From: a virus
Lineage: Duplodnaviria > Caudoviricetes
IMG/VR virus record: IMGVR_UViG_2695420662_000003
Span: 32,001 to 96,000 of that record
Reading direction: 5' to 3' (one strand)
DNA length: 64,000 nucleotides
Below are positions 42,802-53,662 of this stretch, piece by piece; within the stretch, counting starts at the first letter, position 1; the number at the start of each line of letters is the position of its first letter. The notes beneath the pieces were generated by a model that did not search any database, was not told where the DNA came from, and was given only the letters and a program-made list of their open reading frames with translations. The position numbers were made by a program, and so were the translations under genes.

Positions 42802-43103
42802 TGTACTTTGTTATAAAGATCCATTAATTTATCAATTATATTTACAAGTTTATCTTTATGAATAGAGCCCTTTTTCTCTTCTATTTCCCTTTGAGTCTCT
42901 AATGAGTATACTATCATTCCTATTTCTGATTTACTTAATTTAACATCTATTGTATTTTTCATATCCTCTACACCATCCTTTTATAATATTTTTATATCCT
43001 AATAAAAGTTGAATTTTATTACCTTTAATACTGTTATAATAGGCGTTTTCGGTACGCCTCAACCGTTTATATTCATTTCTATTTATCATATGTACAATTT
43101 ATT

Positions 43104-43704
43104 TTATCTTCTTTTACTTATTAAGCAATCTTTATGGCCAACTAGATCATTGCATTCATACCTAGTATAACTATATTCGTTATTTATAGGATTCAAGTAC
43201 TTCTTTTCCTCTATTTGATGATGTATTTCAGAAACTTCTTTTCCGCAAACCTCACATACTCCATATTTTCTAGAACTTTCATTCCAATTTGTTATTGTAT
43301 ATCTATATTCATTTCTCATATTTACACCCTCCAATTTTTATTATTTAATTATTTCATCATATGTACATTTAAAACTATCTTAATCCAAATATCTTTTCGT
43401 TGTTCGCTGCTATTTCTGTTAATGCTAAGTTTATTCTGTTTATTACCTTGTTTCTATCCTTTAGTTGTGAAAAGTCAAGTTTATCATTTTCAGTTATTAT
43501 ATTATAACCATTGCTATAATCTGTATATAATTTTAATTGCTTAGGTTGATTATTTAATAACCATCTCTTAAATTGACATCTTATATATGCAAGATCCGTT
43601 CTATCATTTAAGTTTATTTGCTTGTCGTTACCTTTGTTGAATTCTCTGTAATCTTTTCTAGTATCTATTTTTAAGAAATCCTTTAATATATTTTCTGCTT
43701 TCAT
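43104..43704 (-). other. Two small hypothetical genes (43104..43334, 43375..43704)
   Basis: ORF track, GGAGG RBSs, upstream promoter with operator at 43762. Confidence 0.6.
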
Positions 43705-44098
43705 GTCTACATCCTCCTAAATTTTATTTGATATCTGCGGGTTGTTATCTTAATTTAATTATATGATAAGTTCATACTACTGTCAATAACTTTTATAAAT
43801 TATTTTTAATTATATTCGTTATTGTGCGTTGTGTTCTTATCTTTTAATCTTTATATTTTAAGTATATGATAAGTTCATATAAAATGCAACCATTATTTTA
43901 AAATTTATTAAATTATTTTTATTTTATATATTAGGATTTATTAACTAAAAAGTATATGTATAATAGTATTTCCAATAGATTTAATAAAAATGATATAAAA
44001 TTACTTACATTATATTGTAATATATGATTTTATATGATATAATTAAGTTAATGAATAGTTAATACTATTCAAGTACATATTGAAGGAGATAATTAAAT

Positions 44099-44680
44099 AT
44101 GAAAAAGAGTGAGTTAAGAATGTATTTAAGAAGTAAATTACATTTATATTGGAGACCAGTAGTGATTAAAGATTGCTGCGAACACTGCGGATCTAAAGAG
44201 AATTTAGAATTACATCATAAATCAGATAGGTTTAAAGATATAATATCTAATGTTTTAAACGAGTTCGGATACGATGACGATACAAAATTAAAAGATATTC
44301 ATAATATTGAGTTGATAGTAGATGTTATTTTGGGAAGACATCTTTACATTAAGCATATTACACTATGTTCGGATTGTCATATTAAGGAGCATCAGAGGTT
44401 AAGTAATAAACATAATAGGAGACTATTTGAAGATGTAGAGTTCCCAAAGGAATTTTTAGATATACCATTAACTACAAGAGAAAAAGATTTAATAGTTAAA
44501 TATTATGATTTATATAATGAAAAAGGTAGACAGTATAAATGGAGAGGGATAAAAGCATTTTTAATCAATAGTAATACATATCAGGTGATCTCAAAGTCAA
44601 TAAGAATTCCAGGAAATACACATCCAATAAAATGCGATATAGTAAGTAGATTTAATAAAAATTTAAAAGGAGGTAAATAA
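44099..44680 (+). CDS. HNH-like nuclease domain protein
   Basis: CEHCGSKENLELHH...TLCSDCHIKEH. Confidence 0.7.
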   Translation: MKKSELRMYLRSKLHLYWRPVVIKDCCEHCGSKENLELHHKSDRFKDIISNVLNEFGYDDDTKLKDIHNIELIVDVILGRHLYIKHITLCSDCHIKEHQRLSNKHNRRLFEDVEFPKEFLDIPLTTREKDLIVKYYDLYNEKGRQYKWRGIKAFLINSNTYQVISKSIRIPGNTHPIKCDIVSRFNKNLKGGK

Positions 44681-44682
44681 TT

Positions 44683-45903
44683 ATGAATAAAGAAATAATG
44701 ATAGTAGATGCTATATGTGGCGCAGGGAAAACAACTTTTGCTATACAGAAAATGAAAGAGGATGATAAACTATATATTTATGTAACTCCTTATTTATCGG
44801 AAATAGAAAGAATAATAACGGCAACTGACGGTGATTTTAAGCAACCAAATAATAAAAATGAAAAGGGTAGTAAGTTGGAGTCTTTAAAATGGTTAGTAAC
44901 AAGAGGGGAAAATATAGTTTGCACACATGAACTATTTAAATTATGTGACTTAGAAATGTTAAATTTAATTAAAGATATGGGATATAACTTAATATTAGAT
45001 GAGGTATTAAATGTAATTAACCCCGTAAAGATATCTAAGAAGGATATACACATGTTAGAAGTATCTAAAACAATACATATTGATAAAGAAAAAGGAATAA
45101 TAAAGTGGTTAGACGATGAATACAAAGGTAAATTTGAAGAACTAAAACATCTATCAAAGAATGATAACTTATTTTTATTTAGAGATACTTTTGTATTTTG
45201 GACGCTGCATCATAAAGCGTTTGAATGTTTTAAGGATGTTTATATCTTAACTTATTTATTTGATGGATCAATTCAACGTTACTATTATGATTTACATGGA
45301 TTTAAATATAAAAAGTATTCAGTAATAAAAGATAACGATAGATATAGATTAATTGATTATGATAGTAAATTAGATAATAGAGAACGTTTAAAAGAGTTAA
45401 TTAATATCTATGAAGATAAAGGAAGATCTAAATTAAATAGTAATTATTGTAAAAAACCAACAGACAATATGTTTTCGTCTACATGGTTGAGTAAGTGTGA
45501 TAATAAAACATTAGAAGTTATAAATCAAAACTTATTTAACTTTTTTAAAACAACAAATACTCCTGTTTCTAAATTATACTGGACTACAATAAAAGATTTC
45601 AAAACTAAATTTATCAATAAGAAAACAAAGAATAAGAATTTTATAAGTGTAAATGTTAGAGCAACCAATGACTACATGAATTGTACGTCCTGTGCGTTTA
45701 TATATAATAGATACATGAATCCTATTGAACGTGCATTCTTTGAGTATCATAATGTTGAAGTTGACGAAGATACTTTAGCATGTGGTGATTTAATTCAATA
45801 TATCTTTAGATCGTGTATAAGGATAGGTAAACCAATTAATGTTTATATACCATCTCAGAGAATGAGAAAACTTTTATATAAATATCTTAATTATGAAATA
45901 TAA
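44683..45903 (+). CDS. SF2 helicase-like / origin-binding-like protein (SPbeta YonV-type)
   Basis: DAICGAGKTT, VTPYLSE, THELF, LILDE, RATN, LIQYIFRSCIR.G. Confidence 0.8.
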   Translation: MNKEIMIVDAICGAGKTTFAIQKMKEDDKLYIYVTPYLSEIERIITATDGDFKQPNNKNEKGSKLESLKWLVTRGENIVCTHELFKLCDLEMLNLIKDMGYNLILDEVLNVINPVKISKKDIHMLEVSKTIHIDKEKGIIKWLDDEYKGKFEELKHLSKNDNLFLFRDTFVFWTLHHKAFECFKDVYILTYLFDGSIQRYYYDLHGFKYKKYSVIKDNDRYRLIDYDSKLDNRERLKELINIYEDKGRSKLNSNYCKKPTDNMFSSTWLSKCDNKTLEVINQNLFNFFKTTNTPVSKLYWTTIKDFKTKFINKKTKNKNFISVNVRATNDYMNCTSCAFIYNRYMNPIERAFFEYHNVEVDEDTLACGDLIQYIFRSCIRIGKPINVYIPSQRMRKLLYKYLNYEI

Positions 45904-46299
45904 AAAAATAATATTAAATTAAAACGAAATTAAAATGTTTAATATATAAAGTTCAAAATTAGGAACTTTGTTATTTTCAAATATAGTATTTCCAACACTT
46001 TCAGACACTAATCCTTATAAGTAAAAAGTAATACATATAGAAGAGTAAGTATAGACTTACCTTTATTATTTTATAATTACATACCATTATATAAATAAAT
46101 TTAAATCATATTCAAAGTAATACTAATATATAATAGTTAACCATTGTACATATAACATATAACTTAATACATACCTTCTAGAGTAGACGATAAAACGTGT
46201 CTACTCTTATTCGTTCATAACTAAAGTTATTCACTCATATAACAATCTTATTTATGGTAATGATTACCTTAGAGGATGTCTAGTATATAGATGTCCTTT

Positions 46300-46690
46300 T
46301 ATTATGTGTAGTATTAGTTAGTGTATGTATAGTATGTATACTTAGTTAATCATTGTATAGTGTATAGTATGTTATAGTATAAGTGTATTGTATTAATAGT
46401 AAGTATTATGTATGTGTGATGTAGTAGTTGTTAGTGTGATAGAGTTGTAAGACATAAGGAAGAGTTAAGAAGGATAGAGGACTCACAGGGTTAGTTGATT
46501 GTTGGTTAGTAGTTATATTCTATTATAGATAGTATTAGTTGCTGCTATTATATTATTATAAGTTGTATTATTGGATAGTATCATTATATCTTTATCGTTG
46601 TTATCATTCCCTTATTATCGTTAAAATATTTTATTATTATATTGTTGTTACTATTGTTAGTTATGTCATTTGTCATTGTTAAGTGTTCAC
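46300..46690. other. Non-coding low-complexity G/T-skewed tract
   Basis: tagtgtatgtatagtatgt... and ttatc/ttgtt microrepeats, few C on plus strand, no ORF. Confidence 0.7.
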
Positions 46691-47160
46691 CATATATAAG
46701 AGAAGGTTAACCTAATAATTTTAATATTAGAGGGTATAAATTTTCTATTAATATACTTTTAAATTATCTCATTTTGAGACTATATAGAGCCAATAAAAAC
46801 CACCCTAAAGAATAGCGTACACAATTAAAGTTATATACGTTATACCCCTACTTTCATAAAAAAGAGGCGTTTTTGAGTAGCTGAGGTGGGTTAGTAGTTT
46901 ACAACATACACCATGAAAATTTTACCGTATAACCGTTGGTATAACTTAATCCTAGAAATATTCATTTTAATAATCACACTTAAAATAAGTATAAAATCAC
47001 CCTTAAATTAACCAACTTATATTAAAATGAAATTAAAATTATTTATCATTAAAATTAAAATGTTTTATCTAATTATTAAAACGAAATTAAAATGTAAAAA
47101 TAGAGGTTTAAGCTAAAATGCTTATTTTTATACGGTAAATGGGTACGGAAACACCGTATA

Positions 47161-47320
47161 AAATCCCCATATATCGCAATTTTAGAGGGTATAAAAATGG
47201 GCATAAAAAAGAGAGTTACTAAGAAAAATCCTTAAATAACTCCCATATATCGCAACTTTACCGTATAGGCCTACCGTATGCAATTTTTATAAAATAAAAT
47301 CCCCATATATCGCAATTTTA
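47161..47320 (+). repeat. Direct repeats CCCATATATCGCAA
   Basis: aaatccccatatatcgcaatttta at 47161 and 47297; variant at 47241; interspersed ACCGTA/TACGG motifs. Confidence 0.8.
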
Positions 47321-48058
47321 AAATAACTCCGTATCGCACTTACACGGTGAAATTTGGTTCAATCGCAATATTTCTTCCTGTTTTTCAGGTGATAATTCTA
47401 TGAAACCATTAGTTTGATCTAAGAAATCTTTTATAAAATTCATTAAATTACTCATGCATAATTTAATTCTAATATATTCCGTATTCTTGAGATAGAATTT
47501 TACTTTCCTGTCTGTACATATAATAATTGTTGGTAAGATATATCCTCGTTGTTCTAATGCATAATATTTATCGCAGTTGAAATATTTATTATTTTCTAAC
47601 TCTAACAAATATTCATATTCGACATCTTGATACTTGATTAAGATATATACATCTGGCTTAACTCTAAAATCATCAACTTCAATTAAATACTTACAGTTAA
47701 ACTCTAATATCTCAAAATTAAATATCTTAGATTGCTCAAGTAATTTTATATAGAATTCATTTATTAATATTTCGTGAATAATATTTTTAGGTTTTCTATT
47801 TAAATAATAATAGTTTTCGTTTTTCAATAAATCTGTATGTCTATTATTTACGAATATATTTTCCATTGGATCATATCTAACCTTTTTTAAATTAGGTATA
47901 CATTCTATAAGTTTATTTAATCTTTGATGTTGTATAGTAGTAGACATATTAAATATTCTTTGAATTTGTGAACTTGTAATTAATGAGTGGTTGTCTAAAA
48001 AGGATAATATGTTCTTATCTCTATCTGTCAATCTAACTCTCATACTGAATACCCCCAT
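47318..48058 (-). CDS. Replication-relaxation (Replic_Relax)-like protein
   Basis: RLTDRDK.IL..L...S.ITSSQI winged-helix start, HEILI, VKPD.Y...YLLELE PD-(D/E)XK-like core. Confidence 0.75.
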   Translation of the reverse strand: MGVFSMRVRLTDRDKNILSFLDNHSLITSSQIQRIFNMSTTIQHQRLNKLIECIPNLKKVRYDPMENIFVNNRHTDLLKNENYYYLNRKPKNIIHEILINEFYIKLLEQSKIFNFEILEFNCKYLIEVDDFRVKPDVYILIKYQDVEYEYLLELENNKYFNCDKYYALEQRGYILPTIIICTDRKVKFYLKNTEYIRIKLCMSNLMNFIKDFLDQTNGFIELSPEKQEEILRLNQISPCKCDTELF

Positions 48059-48380
48059 ATTTTATAGTATGTTATATGTATATGTTCATTGCTTTAAAAA
48101 TGTTAATATTTTCTATGTGTAAAGAAAGATGGTATAAAATTTCCATATTTTAGGACAGGCATTTTAGATTTAAATAAATAGCGGGATAGTTTTGGAAAAC
48201 CACCAAAAGAGAGGTGGACAAGTAATAAGGAATATAGGTATACCAATGGTTGTAAGGGTATTTACCTCCTATATCCTATTTAGGACTTTTGTTTAGGAGT
48301 TTTTATTTATTTTCTATTCACAATACACACTTAATCTACATATACTGTACTATAACTGCAGATAAAAAGGAGAAGATCAA

Positions 48381-48872
48381 ATGAATAGTAAAGCATATAT
48401 AAAAGATGTATATAAATTAATTCAATCAGATTCAGAAGAAATATGTAAAGGTAGAAAATTTAAAATTCATAAACTTACTCTAAAAGATAAGCTTAAATCT
48501 AAAAGAGAAGTTGAAATATTGTTATCTGATGGAATTAATTATTACAATTCAGTAGAAAATGTAAATCTTAAGAATTGTAAAATGGTAATAAAGTTAGATG
48601 GTGAAGTTAAGTATGAAAGTGATAAAGGTGTTTTTAAGAATACTAAAATATCATATAAGTCAGCAGGTAAATTCAGTTTTAAAGAATTTATAAAACTTAA
48701 TACACCAGATCCAATAGAGGTAAACCTAAAAAGTATAGATTTTAGTAGAGATTATCATAGAAATCAATATCATACTTTTAGAAAACTTATTGCATGTCAA
48801 ATAAAATTAGATAATGCATTAAGAAATTTTATAGAATCAAATACTTTTAGAATTAATAAAGAGATAAGTTAG
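48381..48872 (+). CDS. Hypothetical protein
   Basis: 163-aa ORF with AAGGAG RBS. Confidence 0.7.
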   Translation: MNSKAYIKDVYKLIQSDSEEICKGRKFKIHKLTLKDKLKSKREVEILLSDGINYYNSVENVNLKNCKMVIKLDGEVKYESDKGVFKNTKISYKSAGKFSFKEFIKLNTPDPIEVNLKSIDFSRDYHRNQYHTFRKLIACQIKLDNALRNFIESNTFRINKEIS

Positions 48873-49290
48873 ATATTCGTTTAATATAGTTTGTAATTAT
48901 GCAATCTTTTATAGGTAATTCATCTTATAATCCCCATTGGTGTGCGATAAAAGATCGACTTTACATTATAAAGATTGTATAGTGACATTTTATATTAAAT
49001 GAATATACGGACTTATTCAAATATTAATCCTAAAAGTAAAGATTTAATAGAAATTATAATACCCAGGATTAACTTAAGTTAAATTGATTTATTTAACTTA
49101 ATGATATTATTACCCAATACTCTAATTATATACTGTAAAGATTAACCATTTATCAATGGAGCGTTATGAGTTAATATAGGGACTTTATAAAGGCGAGAAG
49201 TTGATAAATAATCCTATATCTAAATACACTTAATAAAAAATAGTAAGTATATTTACTTGCAGTAAGCGTAAAATATACTATTTATGCTTA
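48873..49290. ncRNA. Candidate structured non-coding RNA
   Basis: Nested long stems ATATTCGTTTAATAT/ATATTAAATGAATAT and TATGCAATCTTT/AAAGATTGTATA plus further hairpins; no ORF. Confidence 0.4.
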
Positions 49291-49367
49291 GAATTGCAAA
49301 AGATACATGTTATAACATAAATACACAATCAATATATCAAAATAAATAACAAAGGAGAATATTCACT

Positions 49368-49505
49368 ATGAACATATTAGATTTACTAAAGCTATTAACT
49401 CAACCAATAGAAAATAGTAAGGCGTTTTTTGTTATATCGCCCATGTTAGTTTTTATATCAGTATCATTGCTTTATAAGGGCTACAGACTTGTCAAAACTA
49501 AATAA
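49368..49505 (+). CDS. 45-aa membrane peptide (type I toxin-like)
   Basis: AAAGGAG RBS; MNILDLLKLLTQPIENSKAFFVISPMLVFISVSLLYKGYRLVKTK, one TM plus basic tail. Confidence 0.6.
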   Translation: MNILDLLKLLTQPIENSKAFFVISPMLVFISVSLLYKGYRLVKTK

Positions 49506-49591
49506 TTATATTAAAACCGTATAATATCAAGATTTGTTAAGTGTGTAGCGGGGCGCATTTAAAAATCAAGATAATATACGGTTACTTAGCG

Positions 49592-50089
49592 TTAAATTAA
49601 TTTTATAAAATCATTAACTATATTCCAAAGGCCATACATGATCATAATTAAAAGTAAAAATAGAACAAACATAAACATATTATCTATGGCACTCCATTTG
49701 TATGCAATAACCTCTCTATCAAGATTTGGGGCTGTTGCAGGATCTATAACGGGTCTTATATTTTTCCACACCTTCCAATCTTCAAGATGCTGATTGGGTA
49801 TAAAGTAAAGTCTACTACCTTTGTGTACTTGATTGAATTCTGGTTGGAAATATTGAATTAATTGTTTCTCTATATAATTAATATCTACGTCTTCATCTAT
49901 CTCTTTAAAATCTATTCTAGCAACATTATCAAGACATATCTGTGGTAAATGTCCATTTTTACCAAAATGACTACTCATACGGTTGCTAATTGAATTTGTT
50001 TGTCCAATATATAAAATTTTCCCAACATCATCTATAAATCTATATACGTAATTCATATAAATATCATCTCCAAATAAAATAAAGTGCAA
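49592..50089 (-). CDS. GIY-YIG nuclease with C-terminal TM helix
   Basis: YVYRF......ILYIGQT..I..R...H, E..LI....PEFN; hydrophobic C-terminus. Confidence 0.8.
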   Translation of the reverse strand: MHFILFGDDIYMNYVYRFIDDVGKILYIGQTNSISNRMSSHFGKNGHLPQICLDNVARIDFKEIDEDVDINYIEKQLIQYFQPEFNQVHKGSRLYFIPNQHLEDWKVWKNIRPVIDPATAPNLDREVIAYKWSAIDNMFMFVLFLLLIMIMYGLWNIVNDFIKLI

Positions 50090-50123
50090 CCATAGTATTT
50101 ACAGTTACACTTTGAGTTATTCA

Positions 50124-51716
50124 TTATTTATTAAACTCGCAATATTTATTTAAATAATCTTCCATATCTTTATCGGAAAGATAAAATCCTTTAAATTCAA
50201 CTTTACCATTTTCACACTCATCATTAAATAATATACCATGTCCTTTACCATTTAATTTAGATAAGCAAGTGTCATCGCATATTATTTTAGAATTAGATCC
50301 ATTTACAGCCTTAAATCCTATTACATTAGTTAAACTTGCTTTAAAATCAGGAGACATTAACTTAGCAGATGGTCTTTGTATATTACATAAAACAGTTATT
50401 CCAGCACTTCTACACAAGAACCCTAACTCTGCTAAATCTTTTTGAAGATTTCCATTACTAATTAGTCTAACTGCATCATCTATTGCTAAAACTATTCTAT
50501 TCAACTGTTTATCTTTAGATACTCTTTTATTATAATCTGAAAGATTTTTTGCATTAACCTTTTCAAACAAATCACTTCTTCTGTCACATTCTTGTATTAA
50601 CTCTTTTATGAAATCCCATGCCTCATCTTTATCTTTTGTATACTTAACAACACTTTTACATTTCTTATACATTCCAAATTCAGTTCTTTTTAAATCTATT
50701 AGGTAAAATTTAATATCCTTACGTCTACAAAGAAGTTGAGTAAGGATTAGATTTGTACAAACCGATTTCCCAGACCCAGTACATCCTGCTATTAATAGAT
50801 TCGGATTTGTATCTAGATTCAAATAAACTGTTTCTCCCCTTTTATCTAAACCTATTTCTATAATCAATTCATCTAAGAACTTATTAATATCTAATGAATA
50901 TGGTGCATTTTCTGGAAGTTCCTTTGTAAGAACATCTATATATAAATATCCATCTTTAATTTTAAAAGATATATCATCGTGGCCTATAAATTCCTTTATG
51001 GCAACATCTATATTTTTTAGGTGATATGTTGATAATCCTATAGTTGATTTGAATTTATAGATATACCCATATTTTGTTTCCTTTATATCTATTAATTCTG
51101 GATACTCTCCACCTCTACTTTTAATATCTGAATACTCCCAAAAGTCCATCCAATCCTTCTGTTGTTGTGATAAAGTAGATATGTTCAAATATAATTTATT
51201 ATCTTTTATATTTATTTTCATATTATCAACTTCTAACATTTCTTTTATACGATCAGAAATCTTCTCTATATCCGATTTATATATTCCAAATGGTAATTCA
51301 AACATTATAGTTCTTTTCAGACCATCTAGTATGTCATATGCAAACTTAGGACATGTGTCGTTGCATGTAATTTTATTATTTGACCAAAATAATTCCCATA
51401 TTTCACAATTATATTTATAATTCTCTTTTTGAATTCTTTTATCTTTAGTGAGAACTCTATATATACCGTATATACCACCTGCTGCACCTACTCCGCATAA
51501 AGCTACTGGAGCACCTATAGATAGTATAGGTAATGCTATTGAAGATACAACACTAGGATATGCTGCACCTAATGCTAAACCTGAGCCTAAAATCCCTAAT
51601 CCTATATCTATATTATTTATTTCACCCATATAACTACCCCCATTTTCATTTATAATATAGTGTATGAAAAATATTAAGAAAAGTTCATATATTTTTATAT
51701 TTTTTATTGACACCAC
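50124..51716 (-). CDS. FtsK/SpoIIIE-family ATPase
   Basis: N-terminal TMs (likely start MGEIN), LIAGCTGSGKS, IDLK, IDD, RSAGI, QRP, GKGHG. Confidence 0.9.
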   Translation of the reverse strand: MVSIKNIKIYELFLIFFIHYIINENGGSYMGEINNIDIGLGILGSGLALGAAYPSVVSSIALPILSIGAPVALCGVGAAGGIYGIYRVLTKDKRIQKENYKYNCEIWELFWSNNKITCNDTCPKFAYDILDGLKRTIMFELPFGIYKSDIEKISDRIKEMLEVDNMKINIKDNKLYLNISTLSQQQKDWMDFWEYSDIKSRGGEYPELIDIKETKYGYIYKFKSTIGLSTYHLKNIDVAIKEFIGHDDISFKIKDGYLYIDVLTKELPENAPYSLDINKFLDELIIEIGLDKRGETVYLNLDTNPNLLIAGCTGSGKSVCTNLILTQLLCRRKDIKFYLIDLKRTEFGMYKKCKSVVKYTKDKDEAWDFIKELIQECDRRSDLFEKVNAKNLSDYNKRVSKDKQLNRIVLAIDDAVRLISNGNLQKDLAELGFLCRSAGITVLCNIQRPSAKLMSPDFKASLTNVIGFKAVNGSNSKIICDDTCLSKLNGKGHGILFNDECENGKVEFKGFYLSDKDMEDYLNKYCEFNK

Positions 51717-51780
51717 TATACTTAATATATATAATTAAAGTGTAAGGTAAATTCTTACAAAGTACATATGAAGAGGAGAA

Positions 51781-52542
51781 TTGAATATGAAAATAAAGAG
51801 TAGAGATGTTAAGTTATTTCTAACAGGGGGAATAATATCTTGGGCAATCACAAGTGGTCTTGTGGTGTTTCCATTAGATCAAGAAAACAGAGATTTGAAA
51901 TTGAAAAATGAACAACGTACTCAAATTAATAATGATTTAATGAGCAAAAACAAGGAACTTATTGGTAAAAATAGTAAAAAATCTAAGAAATTAATAGAAA
52001 AAGATAAAAAAATTGAGCAATTAGAAGAAAAAATAAAGGATTTTGAGTTTAAATCGGTAAATTTTAATCCAAATGATATAACTCAACCCACCAATATCAA
52101 AGCGAAACAATTAGAAATATTATTTAAGAGCAACAGTACATATGAGAATTTGATAGGATTAGAAAAGGCTTTTGTGGATGCAGAAGAAAAGTATGGAGTA
52201 AATGCGATATTTTTATTAAGTTTGGTATCGCAAGAGTCTAATTATGCGAAAAGCAGTAGGGCAATTAACAACAATAACCTAACGGGTTACGCTGTATATT
52301 CTAATGACAGTGAGGGTAGATCATTTAATAGTAAGTATGATTCTATACTATCTACCGCAAGGTTACTAAGGGAAGATTATTTAAATGAGAATGGAAAATA
52401 TTTTAAAGGGTTAGATATTTATAGTGTGAATAGCAGTTACTGTGTTACTGAGGATAAATACTCATGGTCTAGGAATATAATAAGTATAGCAAGTACATAT
52501 ATTGAAAAACTTAATGCGATTAATAGCCAATTTAACGCATAA
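51781..52542 (+). CDS. Membrane-anchored glucosaminidase (GH73-like peptidoglycan hydrolase)
   Basis: TM, coiled coil, AEEKYGVNAIFL.....QES, NNLTG, YC.....W. Confidence 0.85.
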   Translation: MNMKIKSRDVKLFLTGGIISWAITSGLVVFPLDQENRDLKLKNEQRTQINNDLMSKNKELIGKNSKKSKKLIEKDKKIEQLEEKIKDFEFKSVNFNPNDITQPTNIKAKQLEILFKSNSTYENLIGLEKAFVDAEEKYGVNAIFLLSLVSQESNYAKSSRAINNNNLTGYAVYSNDSEGRSFNSKYDSILSTARLLREDYLNENGKYFKGLDIYSVNSSYCVTEDKYSWSRNIISIASTYIEKLNAINSQFNA

Positions 52543-52635
52543 TGTTTAATTATAGGATAAATAAGTTTAGTACATAATTAAAACCTCTTAGAATGGCTAT
52601 AAATAGATAATTTAATACATTGGAAGGATGATTAA

Positions 52636-53574
52636 ATGGATAAACTCACGCAACATAAAGTAGGAGTTGTATATGATGAATACGGAGAAATACTAAAAAC
52701 TATAATAATTAAAGATGATGAAGATATTGAAATTATTAATAAAAAACGGAGATTACAAGAGTCTCAACTAAACTATATTAATAATAAAAACGAACTACAT
52801 AAACAAAGTTGTTTATTAGGAGGTTATGTACATATGGCATACGTAAAAAATGAATTACTATTCAATAATATAGGTATAGATAGGGCTAATATAAGCAGAT
52901 TAATATACCTATCTACTTATATAGATTATAATAATAGACAAGAAAATCTACTTATTAAATATACCCAGAACAACAAGGTGAAGCCATTATCAAAATATGA
53001 GATTAAGAAACTATTGAAGTTGAATGATACCGCATTTAAATCATTTATGGCGGATGTGATAAAACACAATCTTATAATTGAAGAAGACGGGTTTTTCTAT
53101 ATAAGTAATGATTATTTTTCAAAAGGGTTGATAGATAAATCTAAACTTAACAATAAAGAGTACACCAGGATTTTCATAGATACTACAAGAATGTTATTTG
53201 AGAATTGCACAAGTAGGCAACATAAACAACTTAGTTATATATATCAACTAATTCCATTTATGAATTTTGAGTTAAATGTAATATGTAGCAACCCACATGA
53301 AACTGATTTTTATGAATTAGATAAATTAAGTCTTATTCAGATATGTAAATTATTAGGAACTAGCACGGTCAAATCATCTATGAATAAACTTGAAAATAAT
53401 TTATTGAAATTTCATATAAAAATTGATGGTAAAAAATATTATTTATTCAAAAGAGTTATCGTAAAGGGTGGAAATGGAAAATTTGATTATTTTATTATTA
53501 ATCCTTATGTTATATGGGGTGGAAAAGATACAGATAAGGTAAAAGATACACTACAGACTTTATTATTTAAATAG
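52636..53574 (+). CDS. Rep-like winged-helix protein
   Basis: RLIYLSTY, LIPF....N..C.NP, FIINP..I.GG; followed by direct repeats. Confidence 0.6.
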   Translation: MDKLTQHKVGVVYDEYGEILKTIIIKDDEDIEIINKKRRLQESQLNYINNKNELHKQSCLLGGYVHMAYVKNELLFNNIGIDRANISRLIYLSTYIDYNNRQENLLIKYTQNNKVKPLSKYEIKKLLKLNDTAFKSFMADVIKHNLIIEEDGFFYISNDYFSKGLIDKSKLNNKEYTRIFIDTTRMLFENCTSRQHKQLSYIYQLIPFMNFELNVICSNPHETDFYELDKLSLIQICKLLGTSTVKSSMNKLENNLLKFHIKIDGKKYYLFKRVIVKGGNGKFDYFIINPYVIWGGKDTDKVKDTLQTLLFK

Positions 53575-53662
53575 TAAGTTCTATTTCTGCGACCAAAAAC
53601 ACCGTAGTAAGTTCTATTTCTGCGACCACTGGTTTTTACGGATAAACGTTGAAATATCAACG
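53572..53662 (+). repeat. 24-bp direct repeat x2 plus palindrome (origin-like)
   Basis: tagtaagttctatttctgcgacca at 53572 and 53605; CGTTGA-aata-TCAACG at 53647. Confidence 0.8.
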
